Assembly: GCA_012295275.1 (NCBI GenBank)
Contig: CM022678.1
Span: 13,454,001 to 13,518,000 of the forward strand
Length of the DNA stretch: 64,000 nucleotides
Reading direction: 5' to 3'
DNA from: Chrysomallon squamiferum
Taxonomy: Eukaryota; Animalia; Mollusca
The notes below the pieces were generated by a model that saw only the letters and a program-made list of their open reading frames with translations, was not told the DNA's origin and did no database searches. Position numbers and translations under genes: made by a program. Below are positions 54,101 through 64,000 of this stretch, piece by piece. Within the stretch, counting starts at the first letter, position 1. Each line of letters begins with the position of its first letter.

Positions 54101-57100
54101 AGGATCAGACAGACCTCCACACAGTGACAGTGACACTCGACCAAGATGTCGCACTTCAGATTCCAGAAAATTAACAGGTGGGCCTCCAATAGCACCCTCC
54201 ACTGAGTGGGGGGACTGAGGTAAAGATGCCCCCCTCCCAGATTCAGAATCCTCTTCTTTTGAGGAAAGAAAACTAAAAAAAAATTAAAAAAAATTAGTAT
54301 ATTTCAGCATAATTAATGTATTTAATGATTTTGTATTGTTTTATTATTTATTTATTTATTTATTACGATTGTTATTTTTTTTTTTGAATGTGCTATTCCT
54401 TTTATATCTATAAGCACAGTTTTATTTAATTCCATTAATTTTCTTTGATTCTTTTTTTTAATCTATCTATAATTTTATTGGTGTTTTTTTTTTTTTTTTT
54501 TTTTGTGTGTTTTTTGGGGGGTGCTTATAAGTTCCTTTATGAGTAAAGAAAATAAAGAACAATAACAATTATAAGAAACAACATAACAAAATAATAAAAC
54601 AAATAAATAACAAAAACAGCATACTCCCTCTCTCCTAGGTAAAGTCGGGCAATTTCAGGGTCTTCGAGTTCTGTGAGATAAATTCCTTTTTCTTTTAATT
54701 TCTTTCCTTTTGTGTCTGAGACTTCATGAACTGATTTATCTGAAATTAATATTAATATATAAGTCACCAGATAACAATACTGCAAAATAAAAATAAGTAA
54801 GGATGGTGCAAAATACTGCCCTGGTCTTTAAATTTATCCTGCAAAAATCATTCCAAAATTAGAAAGCAATAAGAATCATTTAGTAATAATTAAGTAATAA
54901 CTAAGGTAAAATAACAGTACTGGGTTGATGTGATATAGATCACAATCTCTTATTTCCCCAAAAGACCTTTCTCATTGTTTAATATTAAAGCTATATTTAA
55001 TTAGCTATGAAGAAGATTTAAATAAATGATTATTACTACAAATAAATCATGAAGCAATGATAGTAGCTTTTGTTTGATCTTCTTCTTTTGTCATGGAACA
55101 GTAGCAACAAACATTCTAACCATTTTATTTATTATAAAACAACCATATTCAAGAATAAAACTTCTTTTTAATTATAAATATTAAAAAAGCATAATGCTAT
55201 CTATGATCAAAATATGATAAGAAATACAAATTAGCTCAACAAACCTTTCATATTTGTTGTGGCATTATCCGTGACATCAAGATTGTTCTTTTCCGTAAGA
55301 GGTTTTGTCGGGAAAGAACCCCACTCCCACGTTGCAGCATGTTCAATCAACATCATCATCTTGGAGTCCTCGGCGTGCTGCATGTCAACCTCTGTGTCAC
55401 TCTTTGGTGTTGGGGGACGAGTGTGTTCAGGCCTGGAAAAAATTACAGTAAATTAAAATTAGAAATCTTGAAGATATAAAAAAACCAGAAAAGAAAAGAA
55501 CAATGGCAGTAATAAAAATATTAAAATTAAAAACAACAATTTATAATAATAATTATATCAACTGCAATAATAATAATACTATATGTAGATAGATAAATAG
55601 ATAGATAGATAGGTAGACAGATAGGTAGAGAGATAGGTAGATAGACAGATGTTAAACAGACACGGCGATTTGATTTATTTGTATTGGTTATATTTTTCTC
55701 TTATTTTTGTTATTACAGTCAATCATTAAAAACAATTAAGAACTTGTTTAGTGCTGAGGTTTCTGCTTTTTGCCAATGCAAACTATTTATAAAATCTATA
55801 TTCAGTGATCAAAAAAGTACATTGTCTCTTTTGTATCAGTCTTATTAAACAAGGGAATTAACTAACGTTGAACAGGGAGATAACTCTCCTTCAGGTTCAC
55901 TTAATGGATGAAGAAAATTGTCGTAGGTCGTATTTCTCCGCAAATTACTTTTTGACCGGGGCCACTCATCTGACAGTGGTGAGGCATCAGGCAGTGGCAT
56001 GCTGGTGCTTTTAGACATGTGACTGTCTTGTTCTTCTTCTGATGATTCTGACACTTCTAGATCAAAAATATTCTCTGTGTCAGGATTTGGAGTCAGCACC
56101 ACCCTCGGTGATGACTTCCCTGATTTCTGTTTCTTCTTCTTTAGCACTTTCCTCCTTGGAACCCCACCCTTTCCCATTGACAGCTCATCATGTGATTCAT
56201 CACTTTTTAAGTCTTTGTGCAACATGTTTGGGATATGGCTGTACTTTTCTGAGTCATTCAAGGACGACTGCTGCCATTGTTCAACCTTTGACCTGTCAGA
56301 CTGTTGGACATCCAGCCCATCCTGCAGCAATGCAGAAGATGAAGGAATGGGAGATGTTGCTAGGTAAGATGGAATCTCCTGAAAAAAATACATTAATAGC
56401 AGTAATTAAAAAAAAGAGAAATTGTTAAACAGAGTAACATTTAAAATCACCATGCATATCCTTCCAAAAGCAAACACTGTAAATACAGCCATTACCTTAG
56501 TATTAGTAAATCTTTAATTTCACAAGATTTATGAATTTCCATAAACTTTTCCAAAACATATAAAAAAGATTTTTAAAAAAAGAAGACAAATATCTTGTTA
56601 CCAGAAATGAAAACAGTTTAGTCTGGTTTTGTGGAGAAATACTGCTTAGTAATTTAATTGTAATGTAAGGTAAAAATATTCCCAAACTGCATTTAAAAAA
56701 TAAAAAGTTTTTTTTTTTTTTTTTTTTATTTATGTTTTAATCAAATATAAAATGCAATTTTATTTTATCATGGAATAAATTTTGAAACAACAGTTTTCAA
56801 GACTCAACCATACCTACAGATGAAAAACACACAATTTCCATAACTTTCATAAATCTGAGCAAATTCTGGTTTTAAATTTCAGTGACATATGCTACATATG
56901 TGTGTGAATAAAATGAGACTTTATAGAATTCTGTTTACTATTTATTTATTTATTTACACTTTAAATAAATATGTAATTATGAATATAAATCGAGCTCACC
57001 TCTGCAACTTCCTCTACAAAGAAAGCCTCCCCTGCTTCTCCTAATTTCATCTGTAAGTCCACTGACTGACCATTTATTTCAATATCAACCTGAAAATATA

Positions 57101-58701
57101 AACCGTATAGTTATGTATGACAACAGAGAAATAAATAAATAATATCAAAAATGTGGGCTAGTGCATTGCAGAATGTATAAAACTGAAGTTAAATTTGGAT
57201 GATAATGTCAGTTTATATTAAATTATATTGTTTAGTATTTTCAATAAAGTTACAACACATATACAAACTGTGATGGAACCTCATCAGTGCCTCTTTGACA
57301 GATGTGTTTTTAATTGTAATTTGGTTTTCTTTGTAGTGAATTATAGAATATTCACAAAATCTTTATTTTTATATGCCCGGGTAAAGCAGAATGTCTGTTA
57401 CCTGTTATCTTAAATATCTTATTATATTACGGTAATATTTATTTAGCTATCTTGTATAATCATGTTTATAATTTATATTTTTACAGTTCTTAACTACCTA
57501 ATTAATGACAGAAAATGGGGGTAAATACACAAAAACTAAATAGCAGTGCATATGCAGATGTACATGAGCTATTTCGAGCTGTATTGTATAATTAGGGGAA
57601 ATCCTGTTATTTAATAAACTAAGAAACACTTGGGTTTAACAAACTGAAAATTGGCATTAAAAGCTGTAAAGTAAATTCAGAAAGGCTATCTGCAGAGGTG
57701 TAGATTGAACACCCGAGCGATGGATGTATAAGTAGCATTTTGAACGTGATCTCTTTGATCAATGCCTTTCTTGAGAGTCTTTGTCTGTGGGCCATCTGCA
57801 CAAGACAAAGGAAAACGCAGACAATGGTAAATATGTTTTAATGTTTTGTATATATAACATACATATTGAATGATTTAAGATAGCTAAATCTATTACTTGT
57901 TGAATTTTTGTGATGTTATTCTGTGGTATGAATTAGTTTTGTATTATTTGTCAATGCTGTTTGTTTTGATAACGTATTGTCAAATTGTACGATTTAACTA
58001 CATAACTATATATTACCCTTTAGGGTTAATTTGTGTAAACTACATATATATATATATAAAACAATTATCCATATACTGAATTTGTGTCTGTGTTATTGTT
58101 CTCTACTGGGATACAGAATAGTCATTTAGTAATTTATGCTGTCTCAGATAATTAACACCTTGCCAGTTGATGCTATTATAGTCTGCTACTCTTTAGACAG
58201 GACGAGCCACAATTTAGGTAGTAATACCACTCAGACTAGTCACCATGACATAGATCCTTTATTTAACAGATAATACAACAGCAGTTTTTACTACATGTTG
58301 AAAATGCTGATCCAAAATATAAAAACCAGAAAATTCAGAAATCTGAAATGTTTACTAAACAGCTGAGAAGTTGTTTAACATATAAACACTTTATTTCAAG
58401 CACAAAATTATCGATATATTATAGACTATTACTACAAGATGTATACAAAATATAAAAGGATTTCACTTTTAATAAGATTATATTCTGAAGCTGTTTTCTT
58501 GCATAAAAAAAACTGACTTACCACTTTTTGTCTCGCCCTAATAACGCCCATTTTTCCAAAGCGGACATGAAAGGGAGATGACAGATAGGAGCCATCCTGC
58601 TGCTGAACGATGATCACATCGATGGCTCCTGTCAATGTAGCAGAGTTTATTTCATTGTACAAGCCTTTAACATTGGAGATGATGCGACCTACAAAACTCA
58701 T
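47659..58701 (-). CDS. LPIN: Lipin (phosphatidate phosphatase, LPIN/Pah1 family), 15 coding exons, 895 aa
   Basis: Exons (minus): 58522-58701, 57000-57089, 55867-56378, 55245-55432, 54625-54739, 53991-54272, 53466-53535, 52897-53100, 52358-52449, 51629-51791, 51110-51258, 50658-50897, 49794-49902, 48977-49080, 47659-47848. The total is 2688 nt and the frame is open. It contains N-LIP ([12 protein letters not shown]...SPFHVRFGK), PSYLATSPI, a polybasic tract [15 protein letters not shown] (SLSLCGGL...YYNW), the catalytic [13 protein letters not shown] (LxxIL), LYLSARA and GFGN. Boundaries of the low-complexity middle exons (8-9) are less certain. Confidence 0.95.
50261..50520. repeat. AT-rich tandem duplication (about 125-bp unit x2) in lipin intron 12
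   Basis: ACAAAATTAATAACA...GTTAATAAACTTTTTCTATGAAGTAATAAAAATAATAAAATAAATAACAGTAAT...TTTACTTTGAAATAACAAAA occurs twice in tandem. Confidence 0.8.
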
Positions 58702-59559
58702 CCTCCTTCAATTTGGTTCCACACTTGTACAAAACTGTACATGAATGATTTAACCTGTCAAAACAAACATTGACTCCCTTCAGTACCAGTTGTCTCTGTA
58801 AGAATATATACATATATAAATATATATAAAAGAGGGAGCAAACTGCTGTAGAATCTACAAGCACAGAGTAACAGCAAAATGTTTCCTGCCACAGCTGAAC
58901 TTGATATATTTTGGATTGTTCCCCTTCCACAGATTCTAACTTCAATTTAAAGCTAAAATTCAGAACGAAAGACACCATTAAAATGCAGTTCCAGAAAAAT
59001 GTTTATACTTTGGTGCTTTGTTCTTTTTAAAATACATATCAGATTCTTCTAATCCTTATAAACTCAAAATTTTCAATAATTTTTATATTAACAACAACAG
59101 CAGTAAAGTACAAATGAAAATTTCAGTTCTGTGAAAACGACATGTCGTAGGGTTTTAAATTAATGTAGAAAACAAATTATTTATAAATTTCGAAAAACAA
59201 AATAATAATAAATAATACAAGAATTTACGCTCTATTTTAAATCTGCAGGACTAAAGATAGTTTTTATTATTTAAAAAAAAAAAACACTTATAAAGTGAAT
59301 AACATAATTCTACATAGTAATCAGCTGTCTAGATAGTCGATAATTTTATAATAATAATAATAATAATAATAATAATTCAACAACTGTCGACCAATTCAAC
59401 TACGTAAAGTGAAGATAAGAAAAATTAAATTTACTGGACAAGCATGAAAATGAATGACAGACCTATCTCGCTTTATATCTTCGATGCTAAATCTGTTTAA
59501 AAAAATTTCTATTATTAACATGTTCTGTTTCACATGTCTCTACCATGAAAGAAAGAAAT

Positions 59560-59660
59560 GATTAACCCGAAATATCCTGACCTAGACCGACAACTAAGTA
59601 TCCTCCATATTGAATCGGTCGATCATGTGACTTTTACGAGGTCAGAGGTTAACTCATCTT
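59560..59660 (-). promoter_or_regulatory. Putative lipin promoter / non-coding first exon region
   Basis: CpG-enriched patch about 0.9 kb upstream of the ATG exon, which has candidate acceptors at 58755 and 58796. It carries GTCACATGATC on the minus strand (59621-59631) and a DR1-like AGGTCA-G-AGGTTA (59639-59651). Confidence 0.5.
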
Positions 59661-60178
59661 ATACTATCAAAAGCATTTGTGTCATTGAAAACAGGTCGAA
59701 GAATATTGATTATTGGTTTTGCACCGCTGTTTATTTGTAAGTGTTTTTAAAGTATTTTTATTTACATCTTTATTTTTTAAGTGTGAACTGATGGGTTTTT
59801 TTCTTTCTTGGCGATTGTTTTTGACTACTGAGTATTGTTCTTTCTTTGTTTACCTGCTGCTTTGGCAATGCTGTGAGTGTGACACACATAACGTTATTCG
59901 TGTACTTATTAGACCTACTTTTAACCAATCAACGATAAGCTTCTGAAAACCAAAACCACGCGATATACGTTTTTTGCATAACATGACATTAAAAGTACAT
60001 GCAGTATACAATAACGTATATTGAAATAAACAAAATATAAATAAGTAAGTAAATAAATAAAATCATATATATAGAAATAAAACATCAATTATTATGCATC
60101 TGTTATCTGTATAAAAGTTTTGAATAATAAAAATAACAATAACAATAATAAAATAACAACAACAACAACAACAACAAC

Positions 60179-60226
<48 letters not shown>

Positions 60227-60498
60227 TAAAACGGGTAAGATGAATAATAAAAGTAATATAATTTAATTAATTTGATTTAAAAGATTATAGATACGTACAA
60301 CTACAGACGCACGTCACTTTCTTTCTCGGGGCGAAATGTATGCGTAATCTGTAACACGTTTCATCCAAAAAGTAACGTAAATAACTACGACTGGAGTAAC
60401 TCGTGAACGGGAATTTAGCCAAATAGTTGATGCTTCGATCGTGCGAATATGAACGTGAAGATAATTAGCTCCGTAAAGGATATTCTCCCCTCCGTCAG

Positions 60499-60499
<1 letters not shown>

Positions 60500-60567
<68 letters not shown>
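60500..60567. repeat. Compound microsatellite (CT)n(CA)n
   Basis: Directly visible. Confidence 0.95.
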
Positions 60568-60568
<1 letters not shown>

Positions 60569-61527
60569 TCATTCACACACGCAGATGTGTGTATGTTTGT
60601 GTATACACATCCAAACACTCAGACACACGCACGCACACACACACTCAACACACGTATACGGTACCTGTTGTTTTCCCATGAACAGTATTAGCTATGTTTA
60701 TCTATTTGTCTCTCGCTAACTCGCTAAGATATCAAGCAAAATTGTTTATTCTCACTGCAATAACACATAGCGGATACTGCTTTGTATTAATTTCATTCAA
60801 GTCTGACCGACTTTTTTGTTATTTTTCTCTGTTTAATTCATAGAGTAACAAAAACCATCATACTAGAATGTGTCTAATCGTAAAGGGTCATATGTGTGTG
60901 CCTGTCTGTCCGTGTTCGTATCTGTGTTTGAGAGCGCTGGAAAATGTTATCCCTAATTCTTTCGGAAAATGAATCCAAAACACATCATCCAAATAAGGTA
61001 CAGAACATTATTTACGTTACAGACATCACGAACGGCACGAACTTTTTATTCGACCTAACTAGAACAGGCAGTCTCTAGTAACAGGTACCTTGACGTAACT
61101 GTTCACCTTTCTAATTCATTGTTTTCAGTTTTAAGTTGCTTTATGCAGTTAGTTCACAGCAGTAAGTACAGAGATAAATATGTCATAAATACGGCGCACG
61201 TTTGACCTAAAGAATGCGAATAAAACTGCATTTATTAATGGTCGTTTGAAATATACGAAATAACACAAGAGCGTGCGTGTATGTGTAAAACTGTTCTAAA
61301 ACAAAAGCAATATCTATAGCTTATTTATTTATTTATCTATTTAAATACATTATCGTGTACAAATGAGCAGCGAACGAAATATTTTTAATGATCACATACA
61401 CCCAAGCACACTCATACGCATACAAAGAGAAAGAGATTTTTACAAACATATATAATCACACACATACGCATACAGAGAAAGAGAGAGAGGTTTCAATTTA
61501 CATACATGCATAATCACACACACACAG

Positions 61528-61560
<33 letters not shown>

Positions 61561-61596
61561 GACACAAATAAATAACCGATTAATTATAATAATAAC

Positions 61597-61654
<58 letters not shown>

Positions 61655-62837
61655 TGACAGTACCATATATTAAAGCTAAATAATACTGAACATCCCATAC
61701 CTTAATGTTTAACACGATTTCGCTTTGGGCTGCTGTCAATCAACGCCGTTATCATTACCAACTATAATAATGAAAATAAAACCAAGAGGTCTGTGACCTT
61801 GACATTCAGTCTGAACTCCATTCCAGAGCCAATGAAATGTTAGTATTAACAGGGGCGTTATGGTTGCCAATGGTAACGCTACCATACAGGTGACATAAGG
61901 TCATATTGTGCTGATGTCATTATCTAGAAGGAATTTGTATCAGTGCAGAAAAATGCACAGCAAAGGTAGATATATATATATTTAAAAAAAAGAAAAGAAA
62001 AAAAGGTAGATGAAGATAAAAATAAAGAGAAAAAAGTAGCTTATAAACATTTTTAACTTTGTTTTCTATTTTCTTTTGTTTTCCCCCTTTATTTTTTTTA
62101 TTTATTTATTTAGTTATTACTTTTTTCTCTTTTATGTTTATTGGTGGTCCTCATCCTTATTAGTATCATCATCGTCATAATCTCATCAGTATCCTTAGTA
62201 TAGACAGCTGTGGAGACTGATACTGCAACAACCACTGCTATTACAACTACTGCTGCAACTACTGCTACTACAAGTAACACAGCTTTTTCTCTTCTTCTTC
62301 TTCTACTGTACTATGCCACCCTATTAGTTCTATATATATCATCATCGTCGTCATAATCGACATCATCGTTATTATTATTATTATTAAAATGCCTGTGTTT
62401 AGTAAACGGGTGACCTTTTCACCTAATCACCTTTCGTTTCTATTTATAAATGAAGGGATGGAGTTAAATCTGTAAATTTACCGTTAGGCCGCAGACAGGG
62501 ATTTGTTATTTATAGATGATGTATTTGAACTATTAATTTGAATCTGTAAGTAATGAATGTGTCAAAGCATAATTAAGAACTATACTAAATTAGCAACATC
62601 TGTTCTCTTACTTTACTTGATCCAGGACTAGATTGGATATTCTGTGTTTTAATAACATAAAATTATTAAAATAGTAATAAGTTAATAATACAAAAAACAC
62701 AAAAAATGCCTCCCCAAATTTTTTTTTACAAATACTAACATACACAGACATTAATCCGCAGACATACAACATACAAATACCATGTCGAGAAAGAAGGGTT
62801 AAGGATCTTCGACCGTTATTATTATTATTATTATTAC

Positions 62838-62871
<34 letters not shown>

Positions 62872-64000
62872 TCTTTAATATCAAAATTTACCTGTGATTA
62901 TTATAATATGCACGTTAAAAAAAAAGAAAAGAAAGGAAAAAAAAAGAAAACTAACTAAATAAAAATAGCCATATAGTCGAAAAACAAAAAAATCAAAGTA
63001 ACATCATCATCATCATCATCATATCATAATAAATATTTAACAAAGTTACGTTATCTGTGGATTACAATTATCTCGGCTGTAATTTGTTTCTTATTGATAT
63101 ATTAAAATGTTTCATTGCCCTGCTTTTTTTTACGTACATTGCGTACATTATGTTTTGTCAAGAAAGTTTTTATTGTATTAACTTTATAGTATATAATGTC
63201 GATTAGCGCTATAACAATGTTTTCGGTTATTTGTCGAAAGCAATTTATTCTATTAATTAACTCTTTATGTAACTTTAAATGTGTTCTTGTACTATACATG
63301 CAGAGATAAACATGAATGTTTGTGTTGTTTGTAGATTAAGCGCACATAATGCAGATATTATATATTACAACTGAGCGAGCAAATTTATTTGATGATAACG
63401 GTTGTCTCTAACATATTTAACATTAGCAATTTTGTTTTAGATACAATTATTTCTCAGACACCTTTACACTGTATGTGTCAGTGCAGAACATGAAATTATT
63501 GCAACAAAAATCTAACACAATTTAATACAGTTTTAGACAAACCATCTGCACTTTTATTTTAGCCGCATAGTTGTATATACAAATATATCTTCTGGCTCCT
63601 CTTTTTAAACGCCATGGAACTGAAAATTATACGGTTAAAATAAAACATGTGACAGAGATATATGAGTGCGCGTGTGATTGTGTGTGAGTGTGCGCGCGCT
63701 CTCACACAATACTGTGGAAGTGATTTTCTTAGAAGACATAAGCGACATTTTCTATTTTTTGCTTTATAAGGAAATCCAAGTTACGGTATTTATTCTTCAT
63801 TATCAACTGGAGACAGAAACAACTATTTGGCAAAATCTTAATTTTTTCGTTACTAAATACATTTTCACCAAAAAGGAAACTATGTCGGTGATTACTGCAA
63901 TCTTTCCGTCTATCTTGTCACTTCTGTTTGTGAGTATCTTACTGCTTGAATACTGGTTTTCACATTTCACTACTTGTGGCCGCTTTTGTCTCTTGATGTG

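Noticed and set aside
56042-56428. 128-aa and 96-aa plus-strand ORFs, and similar shadows at 11365, 13686, 14366, 29867, 52352, 52889 and 55259
   Set aside because: They are antisense shadows of real ALDH8A1, RagC/D or lipin exons.

Overview
Eukaryotic (animal) genomic DNA: very AT-rich, intron-rich and full of microsatellites. It looks invertebrate, probably lophotrochozoan/molluscan, which is inference only. Three spliced genes were reconstructed by hand with canonical GT-AG junctions and consistent phases: ALDH8A1 (minus, 9108-16635, 10 coding exons, 483 aa), a Rag GTPase of the RagC/D class (plus, 21358-30320, 9 coding exons, 370 aa) and lipin (minus, 47659-58701, 15 coding exons, 895 aa). 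ALDH8A1 and RagC/D are divergent; RagC/D and lipin are convergent. The ALDH8A1-RagC/D block is bracketed by kilobase-scale inverted duplications that contain decayed copies of a secreted repeat-protein gene family and a 59-bp minisatellite. Tigger/pogo, Nimb/I-type LINE and MITE relics are also present. The most notable observations are: (1) the RagC/D has His in place of the conserved switch-II catalytic Gln (WDLPGH instead of WDFPGQ), plus switch-I changes; (2) a captured copy of the RagC/D last-exon/3'UTR lies about 2.8 kb past the lipin stop and would be antisense to RagC/D mRNA if it is within the lipin 3'UTR; (3) RagC/D and lipin, both mTORC1-pathway genes, share the same 11-bp M-box/CLEAR-like motif GTCACATGATC near their 5' ends. 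No database searches were run, so all homologies come from recalled family motifs.
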